The notes: generated by a model from the letters alone, not told the origin. A DNA stretch of 63,164 nucleotides, filler included, from Kipferlia bialata (GCA_003568945.1; 5 parts of 5 records of this genome joined end to end with filler, not necessarily neighbours in it), one strand, 5' to 3'. Counted from the whole stretch's first letter, positions 23,285-36,310 are shown. A program made the numbers and translations.

Positions 23285-24858
23285 TGTTTCTGGCCCCATC
23301 AGTGAGTCCAATGGCACACTTGGGTCACTACCTCCCAGTAGTCTTCCTGCCGCTAGCCTAGCAGCCTCTGGTACATCATCTGCCACTGACATGGGATCTA
23401 GTGCCTCTTCTGGTGTGGGACAGACTGAGGAGGTGGCTGTCAAGCTGGAGGGGGGAGGTGGGTACTCACAGTTTTACATATATATTTGTATGTATGTATA
23501 ATATCTCCTAATATTGCTATTGTACGCTGTCTGTGTGGCTCTCCAGTGATTCATAATTTTCTCCCTCCTTTCCACGTGTCTCACCCCCAGACCCCCCTCT
23601 TGTCTCACTCCGTCCCTTCCCCACCGTGCACTGCTGTCAGTTCGGGTGCTTAAAGAGAGGATTCACTATGAGGTAAGGATCAATAGTTACTATTTATTAA
23701 TTGTTACTATTACAGTATGAGAGTATATATACATATATATGTCCCTCTGTTTACTGCTGTCAGTTCGGGTGCCTAAAGAGAGGGTTCACTCTAAGGTATG
23801 CATGAAATAGGTTTCATTTCCTATAATACTGATGTACATATACTCTTACCCTCAGGTCTCAGCAGGCCCTGTCCCTGTGTCTGGCCAAGGTGGAGTCAGA
23901 CTACGTCCATCAGAGTGAGGTAGGATATATATATATATATATATAGATCCATAACAATATGTCTCATTGTTAGATCCCCTCCTTCCAAGCCTTTGATGTG
24001 GGTCTGATACACGAGCTATTGTAACTCTGACCTATGTATACATACTCTTTCCACCACTCATTTACCTCTAGGTATCTTCCTTCCGCTCCTTCTTCGACAC
24101 CCGTCTGATGCACTACCCGGCACTGGCCAGGGGGGTGGAGAGGATGTGCCATAGGTATATAGATATATATACATATATGCACATATTTGTTGATACAGTA
24201 TATGGTGATATTTATGAATTCTGATACATAAATAGAGTCATTTAAAGATGCCATACACATAGATAAATACATGTGTATATATTTGATGTTGATTGTCATA
24301 TGTTTGCTGTGTACTTAGGTATTTATGAATTATTAGATATTATGGTAATTCATTGATTCGTTGAACAGTATATTTGTGACTGTTTCCGACGTTTTCTGAC
24401 CACTCAGTGCCCTTGGCATATTCCTCAGACCCGTGTTAGAGACCTACAAGGAGTCATCCCAAGCCCCCGAGAGTGTCTGTGACCCCTCTGTGATGCATGA
24501 CGGGGTGGATCTATCGGATTACAAGGTGTGTATTTCATATATATATACTAATGTCCCCAACGTTCTCTCACATTCCTTCTCTCTATATATACTACATGTG
24601 TAGACTGACTCCAAGGGATCTGTCCCCCACATGTTGAAGGTCCCTCTCCATATATATACATGTATACATGTATATATGTATGTATATATATAAGGGTTAC
24701 TGTCTGTACAAACTTACCAAAAGGGATCTGTCCTCCACATGTTGAAGGTCCCTCTCCATATACATATATATATATATATATACATGTATATATGTATGTA
24801 TATATATATGGGTTCAGTCCCCAACATGTTGAATACATTGAAACATGTGGACCATGCC

Positions 24859-24889
<31 letters not shown>

Positions 24890-27800
24890 ATAAGTGTTTA
24901 CACTACATACATGGTATGATACCTAGGGCAGTGTCCCCCATATGCTCAAGGCCCTTAAGCATGTGGACCCTGCCTCTCTCTCTCCTCCTGTATATATTCA
25001 TACAATAATACATGTGTACACTGATACCCAGGGATCTGTCCCCCATATGCTCAAGGCCCTTAAGCATGTGGACCCTGCCTCTAGATGCAGAACACCAGGC
25101 AGGAGGGCAGCAAAGAGAGAGTTTATCAGGTATATCTTATCTAGAGTATAATACTAATTGATATCATTGTGTTTCTGTATGCAGAACACCAGGCAGGAGG
25201 GCAGCAAAGAGAGAGTTCATCAGGTACGTTATATAGTACATATATTAGTGCGTGTTTCTTCTTTACATGAATAGTATTTGCTATAAGTAGTATACTCATA
25301 TGTATTAATAGAGTATGTATATGTGTACATTGTATATGCCTCTAGACTCACCCCCAGGAACTGGCTGTACGATGATGGGGAGAGGACAGTGTATTCTTCT
25401 TATATGTGTGTATAGAATTCATTATATACACCAATTGCGAATAGTGTCTGACCCCCAGGAACTGGCTGTACGATGATGGGGAGAGGACACTCCTGCTACA
25501 CAAGGACAAGGTATTAGTGTATGTATATATATATTAATTTTCAATATGAATAGTACTCTTTGTGTTCACTCTCACATGATACTCCTGCTGCAAGGACAAG
25601 ATAGATACTTGAATGGGATTTGCATATATATATGTATATATTTATATATATGATGAGGTAGATACGTAAAGAGAGAGAGAACAGTACACTCAATACAGGT
25701 CAAGAAACTCCTCCACTGCTCCGATTCCCACACATACATACATATATATATACATATACGTTTGTATCATACACATATTTACGTCAGGTCAAGAAGTTGC
25801 TCCACTGCACCGATGCCCTTGTCAAACAGGCCATATATATATATATATGCATATGAATATATACTCAATTGGAAACTCACCTCAGGTCAAGAAGCTGCTA
25901 CACTGCACCGATGCCCTTGTCAAACAGGCCATGGCGGAGGGTGAGGAGGGTATATATATATATATATATATTGATGTATATATATGTATACTGCCATCGC
26001 TGAGGGTGAGGAGGGTATATGTGCAAGCATATACTTATGTATCTATCTACATACTGACCTCACTCTCAGGCAGTGACAAAGGCTGTGTCCCCACCCATTT
26101 CTTTAGATGAAGAGGATATATACAGTGATTGTATGTGTAAATACGTTTACAATCTCTCCTCATACCAGGCCAGGACAAGGCCTGTGTCACTACCCCTGGG
26201 TCCAGCTGGAGGAGGACGATATCACTATCATCATCAGTGTCACAGAGGTGTGTATAGTTATTGTCTACAAATATTAGGTTATTGTATATATATTTGTACA
26301 TGCATCTGTACCTCACCCCCAGAAGCTACAGGTCCAGTCAGAGGAGTCTGGATGTGGTGGGACAGGCATCGCCATCTAAGGTGCGTTTGTATATATATTC
26401 ACGTAGTTGATATTGAGGAGCCGTTTAGTCCAAATATTGTATGCTCTACTCACTATTTATGTGTTTATTTTTACTATACATGTTGTACTAATCCCAGGTC
26501 ACCTATAATGTATATATCATATACTATTACTATCCTAACACCAGGTGACATACGTAGACATTGAGGAGTCCTCTAGTGATGACTGTCTACCATGCCAGTA
26601 CATAGACATAGACGTCGATGATATACCAGAGACACACAGAGAGGGGGAGGGAGAGAGAGAGAGAGAGATGGTGGCCAAGAGAGAGGGTATGCCTGTGAAG
26701 GAAGAGGTGGGGTGGGGTACCATGGAACCCAAGAGAGAGGGAGAGAGAGGAGGAGAGGGGGAGAGAGTGTGTATGACCTGGGGTACTGTCGAGGATATAG
26801 AGGTGTCCCAGTCAGAGACAGTGGAGAGGGAGGGGGTTAAGAATGGAGAGGGAGAGAGAGGGGCAGGTGGTGGTGACAGCACTTACCAGGGTGGCATGGA
26901 CCTGGATATGGACCTAGTTGGGGATGAGGGAGAGAGAGAGGGTGTGGCAGGAGATCTAGACATGAATATGGGAGATATGGGAGACATGGACATGTTCCAG
27001 ACCGACATGGTGGAGAGACCCCCCACCCCACCTGGTGTCACTATCCCACCGGTGGCACCTGCCTTTGCATCATACTACAGCAGCAAGGTATTATATTATT
27101 GAGAAATTATATAGTATATTTATCATATACATAGTATCCTACATGTATATATAGCCAGGTTCACTGAATTCATTCAGTCAGTATTTGTGTCATACTACAG
27201 CAGCAAGGTACGTGCTGTCACGTGTAGACGTATAGTATACTTTGTTAGTGAGTCAGAATGTGCGTGTATGTATCTACTACTCTCTCCAATGTATTAATCA
27301 TCTGACACTTAGGCCCATGAGCCCAAGGACCCCCTCCCCCCATCCCCCCCTGCACCACCACCCCGGGTACTCTCGCAACAGTCACCTGTGGAGGTATGTC
27401 TATGTATTTACTACTATATATTTCTTTGTGTTCTCCCCAAATTCAAGTAAGTGAAGGTATTGAATGTGTCGGTGTGTTATATGTGTTCAGTTTGTCTAAG
27501 TCCTACTAACCCAGTCTTCTAGTGCCCCTGATTCTGCCCTTCTACCCAATACCACTCCTGTCACCCACCCTGGCCCTCGTACCACCTCACACCCTACCCT
27601 GTCTACTGGCCAGTATGAGACTTCAGATGTATCACCCTACGCCTCTCAGCACACTGTGGAAGAGAGGGAGAGAGAGGGGGATACTGGTGTTGGCAAGAGT
27701 AAGGGAGAGGGGGAGAGAGAGGTGGAGAGAGAGTTGTTGGTCCCCAAGGTGGAGGGTGCCCCTGCCTGTGGCCCTGCTACACATCACGATGGGGTGGACC

Positions 27801-30107
27801 TGTCAACATATAAGGTATATATGTCGACTGTGACATAATATTTATATATTTGTATATTTGTAAATTTTTATTAGATATATACTATATATATCCATATACC
27901 CATCATGACGGGGTAGACCTATCGGATTACAAGGTATATATGTGTATGTAATGTGTAGAGGTGTGTAGGTATTGGTAATTATACTATGGGGCGGACTTCT
28001 CCGGTGACGAGGTGAGGACCCTTTCAATACACATATGGTATGTATACATGCCTATGTAATATTTATCCTTACCCCAGGGTGATATACCATCTATGCTGGC
28101 TGCCCTTGCCCTCATCGACATGCACCCCACTACCAGGGTGCATAGGGCACAGACAAGTGCAGCCAAGAAGCAGTTCATTAGGTAAGAGACAATATATGTA
28201 TATATATATATATGAATTATATATATGAATATCGATCGTTCTATAACTATATCTAGAGGTTAGACAAAAACAAATACAATAGTATAACTCTCAACCCCAG
28301 TGACTGGCTGTGGGACCATGCCAGTGGGTGTCTGATGCTCAGCAGACAGCAGGTACAACTATATATATGCACATTCTTCTCTTATAAATACACAACACAC
28401 ACACACATATATATATACTATACATATGTGAATGCTGTAATAGACACACCTCTAGCATGCTCAGCAGACAGCAGGTACATAAGGGGTTCTTGTACTATTC
28501 AATTGAATATATTGTTTGTGATTGTACCTCTCACTCTCAGGTGTCCCGTCTGCTGCACTGTGGGACAGCGGTCCTAAGGTGAGCACATACAAGACATATG
28601 ATATACACACTCAAATACGTCATAGTCAAATAGCCATATGTATCATACTTTTGATCCTATACTCATACGTCATGATTTTCTTAATGTCCTATCGTCTAGG
28701 TGGTATCCAGTATGGCGTATATATATATATATATATAGCCATACGTTTCACCTACTCCACTCTCACTAATATCTAGGGGTGGTATCCGGATTGCAAAGTC
28801 CATGCAGCCAAGGGACACGGGGGCTAGTACCTCTACCTCAAGTAACACCGAGAGTGTGGAGACCAAGACCACCAGTGAGAGTGTTGCCCCCCACCCTGTC
28901 AAGGTCAAGGGTGAGAGGCCTAGTCTCAGTAGCCAGTCCCTACCCACTCCTGTCAAGACCGAGCCTCGCTCTACTCGCTCTACTCGCTTGTCACAACGCT
29001 CTGGATTGTCACAGGTTGTAGATGCCCAGGTGACTGCAGGCGACAAGGATGGTGTGGGTGTGAATCTGTTGGACCCAGTGTCTGCACACCCAGTGAGTAA
29101 GGTGGCATCTGTACCTGTATCAGAGGGAGAGAGAGAGGGAGAGAGAGAGACTGAGAGTGAGCTGGACCCGGATGCAGGGTGGGGTGACTTCATGCATGAT
29201 TATGTATCCACAACTCAGGATGTACAGGAGTGTGTGTCTGTCACACAGGGTGGGGAGGGGGAGGGAGATGTTGGCGCTGCTCCTGTCCCACTCTCTGTTG
29301 ACCAGAGTGCTGATGATGCCTCTTCAGCTGTCCCAACTGACTCTGCACCTGTCAGTGTATCAACTACCCCTGCTTCCGCTTCTGGTAACTCTGATCCTGC
29401 TTCTGCTTCTGCACCGACCTCTGCTTCTGCTGCTGGTGATGTGAGTATGGGTGTTGATGCAGCTCCAGTCACTGCAGAGGAGGGAGAGACTACGGTGGGG
29501 AGAGAGAGAGAGGGACAAGTCACAACTATCCAAGAGGCTGCTATTGAGGGTGTAGCTGGTATTGAGGATGTAGCTGACATTGAGGGTGTAGATGAGGAGT
29601 CTTCCGAGAGTGTTGACGTGCCATGCTGCGTGCTAGTGGCCAAGAGAGAGAGGGTTGAGACTGAACACCCAGTCAAGAGTGAGCCCCACTTCCCTCCCCT
29701 GAAGCAGATGGTCACATCTATATCCACATCCTCCGTGTCTGCTCCTGTTGGGGGTGGTTGTGATACCCTTAACCCTAGTCTGGATACCCTGAGGGGCTGG
29801 AGCAGTGCCACTATACGACTCCATATGGATGCCTTGGCAGCGAAGAGAGATGCCCTGACACGGCAGCTGGCTGAGGTATAATGCGTTCCATATATACATT
29901 CCTTATACTCTACATATTCTATGTATAAGTTTAGCCTAGGTATTGGCATGTTCTATCAGTGCCCGTATGTCTCTCCGGCTCTCTCTCCCTCAATATATAT
30001 ATTCACATGACTATACATGAGTTGCTTGTGTCTCACTATGACTATATGCACATGACTATTAGAATGTGTGTATCCCGTGTCTCACCCTTAGGTCACTGAC
30101 ACTCCAA

Positions 30108-30149
<42 letters not shown>

Positions 30150-30598
30150 TGTATCCTGTGTCTCACCCTCAGGTCACTGATCGCCTAGCAGCCGTGACAT
30201 CCATACATGCTGCAGTTGTATCAGAGGAGAGGGAGTCACAGGGTGTAGCATCAGAGGGTACTGAGGGTACAGAGCCAGCTTCTGTACCTGTCAAGGACGA
30301 GAGAGAGAGAGAGGCACCACCACTACTGCCAGTCAAGAGTGAGAAGCCTTGGGTCGGTACTAGGTCTAGTAGGAGAGGGAGAGAGAGAGCAGGGAGAGTG
30401 ACAGTTGGGAGTGAGAGAGCAGGGAGAGAGAGAGTAGGGAGGAGGGTTGGTAAGACACCCAGGGAGAGAGAGGGTGAGGGAGAGAGAGAGGCTGTACAGC
30501 CTAGGGCCAAGAGGGTGTCAAGAGAGAGAGTACCTAAGAGAGAGGCAGTGGCTAAGAGAGAGAGAGTACAGCGGGCATGCAGGCGCAAGGGCAGTTAG
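23285..30598 (+). CDS. Large hypothetical protein with two copies of an unrecognised ~75-aa domain, acidic low-complexity linkers and a basic C-terminus; 5' end missing
   Basis: Many in-frame GT-AG exons. Copy 1: HDGVDLSDYKGSVPHMLKALKHVD...AAKREFIRNWLYDDGERTLLLHKDKVKKLLHCTDALVK. Copy 2: HDGVDLSTYKGDIPSMLAALALID...AAKKQFISDWLWDHASGCLMLSRQQVSRLLHCGTAVLK. Repeated VKxE motifs. Stop TAG at 30596-30598. Confidence 0.65.
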
Positions 30599-30728
30599 AA
30601 TCTTTGCTCAGCGTCCTCTCTAACCCCCCCCCCCCCCCCCCTCCCCCCCCCCCCCCCCCCCACCCCCCCCCCCCCCCCCCCCCTCCAATATTCATGTCCA
30701 CGTCTCCATACCCCCTGAGTGACCCCAG

Positions 30729-33700
30729 GCTGGGACTGGGACTCCCTTCCCCTGTGGCTAGGGATGTACCAGGCTCTCATTGAGGAGGGGGGGCATGACC
30801 CATCTGCTCTCAAGGAGGCCCACAGCCTGTGTCTAGAGGGATGTGCACGGGCCTTTGCAGCAGATGGTATGTGAGAGACGTGTAGGAATCACACCCAATG
30901 TATGTTAACTCTAGGCAACGACACCTTTCTCTCCAAGGCCTACCTCTGTCCTGGTGTATCCTCTGATACCGTACAGCATGCGGCAGAGCTTGGAAGGGCA
31001 GAGCATGCTGCCAGGGTAGAGGCAGAGACAGTGATTGCCGGCGACCGCACCTTCTTCCACCCCTCCCCTGTTGGGCAGGTACCCAGGGCGGCGTGGGACA
31101 CCCTGCTGACCCATGCCGAAGAGAGGGCAAATGGGAGGCCAGATCTGGTGCCCTTGGTGATATGCACATACGGCAGAGCCCTCATTGTGCTGGCAAAGGT
31201 ATCCAGTGCATGGATATACTCTCTCTCTACCTCCCCCCTCCGTCGTTCCTCTCTCTCACCCCCCAGGACCTTCCCCTGTGGACCAGGTGTGTTGCATTCA
31301 TTACCTCACACCCTGTGGACACATGGGTGCTGGAGTGGGCTAGACTGCAGATCCAGAGCCACTTCTCAGCAGACGTGGCGTCCCAGCTGCTGCAGGTGGG
31401 TGTTAGTGGGTATTAACGATATTCACTTACATATTCAGGTTCTCTGTTTTGTGCTTAGTGTTTCCGATACCCCATGTCTCTCTTACACACAGGGTCTGGG
31501 TACCGATGCCTCTCTGTCCGCCCCTCCCCCCATACCCACCGCACCATCAGTCCAAGTGTCCAAGGTAGAGGGTGGAAATATGACACAGTCAGTATCTGAC
31601 AATGCCTTTGTGCTACTACTCCTCTGAGACTCCATTATCGAGTTCTCTATCTGTAGATGCTATATTCAATGTATTGCCATATTCCTAGTATCTCACACAG
31701 CCGGTTGCCCTACCCCCCCCTCTGTCGCTGCCTCTCCCCAGTGCTTGCCTGCCTGTGACACCCAACCCTGCACCAACAAGTACCAGCGGTGCCACTGTCC
31801 CTGTGTCCAAGGCCGAGCAGACACGCATACGCTTCAGAAACACCGTGCAGACACACGGGGAGGCCATAGTGACACACATCAGGAGCCAGCCTGGACATTC
31901 AATCAGCCAGAGAGACTTGATGCTCTGGTTGCCCGAGGTATGATAGATACAGTGTGTATAGGACCTTGTGGTGTACTATTGTTTAGTCCATGTCTCTCTG
32001 TACTGTTGTGGTAGAGCGAGAGACCTCATTCTCCAGGCCCTAGGTATTGAGGAAGGTCCCATACCTCCTGCCAAGAGGGCTGCCAAGATAATGAGTGAGT
32101 GCGGGGTCCCTATCAGTGCTGGTAAGGACCCCGTCACTGGTGTTGACACCCTGAGTATTGTGGCCCCTACCCCCAACACGGTGGACAATCAGGTACAGCC
32201 GCAACTGTGTATGTGTGTCTCAGAGCTTCATGTGTGTCTGTATATTTCAGGCCACTACTTCTCTAAGTGCTTCTGCCACATGTTGCTCTCTATCCCACCA
32301 TTCCTCATCTTACACTCTAGAAAGTGCAGCTCTTCCGAGACTTGCTTGTCACACATGGTAGCATGTTCTATGCCTACCTGTGTGACAGGACTGCAAGGGG
32401 GGAGCTCACCACCAAGGGCCAGATGACATCGTGGTTTCCACAGGTGTGGCTCTACTCAGTTCTATTGTGAGAGTCGATAATTGATCAGTTTCTAGTGTAT
32501 AATATACTAATATATCCAGGTGAGATCCATGAGCGAGCTCCCTTCTCTCAAGGTGGTGTGTACCCTCATGGGAGAAGCCGGGTTCCCAGTGGGGAGTGAG
32601 AAGGGTCCAGTGGATAGGTGTCTGGTGGCTCTGACTCCACCCAAGGTATGATTCACTCCTTACGGTAGTTGTACATATGTGTGATATTTACCGATTGCCT
32701 ACTGTTTCACTCATTATATAGTCATCTTTCAGTCTCTATAATCCCTTATAGTGTCCGTTTGATCCCTAGAATGTCCCACTGAGCACAACCGCCACCGGTG
32801 ACAAGGAGATAGAGCGTGAACGAGAGCCTGCCCCCAACCCTGTCCGTGCCTACTACCAACGCCTCTACAGGCAGACAATACGTATCCCTGCACCCATCTG
32901 GCACCAGCAAGGACGCCAAGGTCAAGTGGTTCAGAAGGGTGGTGCAGGAGTATGGGTCAGAGCTGCATGCAGCGCTGAGGAAGGAGAGCCCCTCTGCCGT
33001 CAAGGGGAAGGTCTGGGTGGCTAAGTGGATCAACGAGGTATGTTATGTGCGAGAAGGTGCCTACTCAGAGACAGTATAGCATACGGACACTTTCTAACTG
33101 GCTTGGATATTCATTTGGTATCCTTTAGATGTGTGATACGTGTAAATTCTCACTGGTAGCATGTTGTGCCGGTTAGGGGTCAGGCGGTCATGCCGAATAT
33201 CCAGACCATATCTAAGGTTCTCCAGGAGTCTGGGCATACCTGTCAGGTCGTTAAGATTGGGAAGAAGAAGTCTCTCTCTGTGCCTCGTGGCATGAGTGGC
33301 AAGGTCGTGACCCAGGGCCTACCAAGTGGTACTGGTAGTGGAGGTGTGTTAGGGGCTTTGGGTTCCCTCAGCACCACACAGACTCAGCCCGTGAGTGCTA
33401 CTGACTCCACTGTAGAGTCTGCCCCTGCTGCCGTCGGTGCTGCCCCCCCTCCCCCCTCCATCGATGACAGGCTCAGCATGACCCATGCATACCAGACACC
33501 TGTGCCACAACAGGAGGCACTATCAGGTGTGGTAGATGGGTCTGAGGGGGAGAGGCCTGCCCCCCCCTTCCTGGCCTCTGTCGATGCGTTCATGGCCAGT
33601 GCGGTGCCCCCCTCTCTCCTGTCTAGGCCGGTATCTGCTGTACTGGGACCCGACAGCAAGGTATGTACTACTACTAGGCCTTGTAATACAAGGCTTGTAC

Positions 33701-36310
33701 ACATGTTACTTCACTTATGTCATCGTATTATAGTACGTTTACCCCAGCACATACCGGGCCGGGGTCTCCTAGGGGTCAGTGTTCCAGAGGCTACTGAGGA
33801 GGGTATGGAGGGGGGTCGGTACGCATACGCTCGCCCCTCAGCTAGACCCTCTACCTCTGGGCACCTCTGGCTCAACACCAGGGACCCCTTTGCATGTGTG
33901 GTGAGTGGGACATGAGTATATATATATATATACATGGGATGATACCATGGGCGACACTCTGTGATATGGATCGTATCTAGTACTGTCTACTCATGTCAGG
34001 TGTGTGGTGTCCAGAACAGCGGCAAGAGCCACACCCTCAACAGCATTGTGGAGTCATGCATGCTCAAGTGCCCCCCTATCACAGAGTACGGATGGTGGTC
34101 CAGTATTTTCTACACGATCCACACAATGTATGCCTCATACTTACTAACTCCAGTGGATCCGACATGGTGAGCCTGGTGTGCTCATACGACAGGTATGATG
34201 GAGAGTTGGTATCCTTTTGGTCGTATTTGCCGTGGATGCTGATGGATTTGACTGTGACCACTATTCCTGAGTCTTTCCTAATCGTCAGAACCCAGCACAA
34301 CTACTGCGAGAGCATAGGCCTCGCCTTGGCCGGGCCTGCAGGGGTCACTGCCTCTCCCGCCGTAGTACTGGTGTCACCCTCCAACTACAGGTGCGACACA
34401 CACTCTCTCAAACCAGTATATCTACATTCTGACTTCTATTGTCCAGTGTACTCTTATTATAACCCCAGGCAGCGTCAGGCCTTCTTCCGGTCTCTCCCCC
34501 ACGTGCAGGTGGTTCCTCTTCTCTTCCCCTTCCAGCAGCTAGATGCAGCGTACCTTAGGATGCTGATGGGACTGGACGGTGCCAAGCAGCCATTGTACGC
34601 AGGGGTGCTCATGAGTCTGTTGCGGAAGGTGAGATTACATATACTATATCTCTAGTGCAATGAGTATCCACGTGTTATCTCCTTCATTAACACCAGGTGC
34701 AGCGCAGTGGTGCTAGTCCAACCTGGGACCAGTTCTTGAGTCTGATAGAGGGGTAAGTGGAACAAGCGGTCGATCTGCTACTTTAACGTGTATATACATC
34801 CTCTCTATCATCTTAGTCTGACACCAAGCGCCCGTTTCTCCAGAGACCAGATGAACCCTCTGAACCAGCGACTCGAGATGCTGGCAGGTGGGTACTCTGG
34901 AAAGTTATGTGATTATATCATATCTTAGTTACCCGTTCCTTCCAACAATCCTTTCCAGCATTCCCCTACCCCCAGGCCTTGTGCTGGAGTCCAGGGTCAA
35001 TGCAGACGTAGCAGGGTCTGCCTCTTGCATGTCTGTTCTGGCCAGTCTCCAGCCAGGCTCTCTCGTGATATGTGACCTCACTGATCCCATGGTAGCACCA
35101 GAGGACGCCAACGCCATATTCAGTGTGGGTACGTACCATATATATATGTGTGTGTGATATGATTATATACCTCTTCATATGCCACCCACCCCAGTGTCTC
35201 AGCTCTTTGTCGGGTGCCACGCCTCCTTTGACAAGATGTTAGTCCTAGACGAGGCACACAAGTACCTGAAGGTCGCAGGTAGGCCAGGGATAGATTTTAT
35301 CTCCAAGGAACCTCTGGTTATGTAGCTGGACCTATTATATGCCCCCACCTACCCCCAGGCCCCCTCGTAGATACCATGCTCACTACTGTCCGACAGATGC
35401 GGCACTATGGGTGCAGGGTGGTGCTATCCACTCAGTCGCCGGCTGACATACCCCAGGAGTTCCTGGAGCTGTGCTCACTGACTGTCATTCACAGGTGATA
35501 TGAACCATCAGACATAACCTCATGTACACGTGTCATGTCTCTATCGAGTAGTAGTCTGACGCAGGTTCTTCAGCCCCACCTGGGCTAACCATCTCTGCAA
35601 ATGCCTGCACCTGGGAATGGATAGGTGGGTTGGGTTAAATGGGATGGGGAAGATAAAGAATACCATGTCTGCTAGTTAGCTCTCTGGTTTGGAAGGGATT
35701 TACACCTCATATAGTGTTCAGCACTATAATTGTGCCACAAGACGATGTTTAGCTACGTCCAGTCTAACCCTAGCCACGAGTTGCTGGAGGCCGTGTCTCA
35801 GTGTGGCGTGGGGGAGTGCCTCCTGTTTGACCCCCATGCTAGTAACATACTGGGACAGGAGCTGGGGGCATCAGAGGGAACGTGTGTCAAGGTAGAGAAG
35901 GGCAAACTACACTTACTATACGGTACAGTTGGTTATTACACTTTGAAGTTGTTGCTAACCTGTAGGCTCGGATCCGCCCCAGGTTGACTTTAGATGCCGG
36001 TAGCAGCATGAGGGCTAGAGGGGTGGAGAGAGGGAACGAAGAGAGTTCCCATACTGATGCTGCTGATGTTGTGGATGAGGGGTCAGAGACCGAGGGAGGT
36101 GAGGTCGTGGTGCCTACCAATGGGGACAGTGGTCTTGAAGAGAGTTCCCAGGATGACACTGATGCTGATGATGTCTCAGAGGTAGAGACAAGTGTGTGTG
36201 ACGATACCGAGTCAGCCATGGGGACTGACCCGGAGGAGAGTGATTCAGTGCCAGGTATCGAAGGAGGATCAGAGACCCTTAGTGATCGGCTGGAGGATGT
36301 AAACGAGTGA
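30729..36310 (+). CDS. HerA/FtsK/VirB4-like P-loop ATPase with an N-terminal helical region, three winged-helix-like repeats and an acidic tail; 5' end missing
   Basis: Walker A CVVCGVQNSGKSHT (34006-34029). Walker B MLVLDEAHKY (35236-35265). VRQMRHYGCRVVLSTQSP (Arg finger and STQ motif, ~35388-35440). LCSLTVIHRFFSPTW, GECLLFDP and RIRPRLTLDAG follow. Stop TGA at 36308-36310. Confidence 0.85.

Noticed and set aside
29215..29949. Long antisense ORFs (also 4298-4708, 30169-30588, 49943-50518)
   Set aside because: They are shadows of low-complexity sense-strand exons, with no splice-signal or motif support on that strand.
23285..36310. Functional gene cluster of the repeat-domain protein and the HerA-like ATPase
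   Set aside because: They are separated by a poly-C junction (30623-30685) where the ATPase lacks its 5' end, so adjacency may be an assembly artefact.
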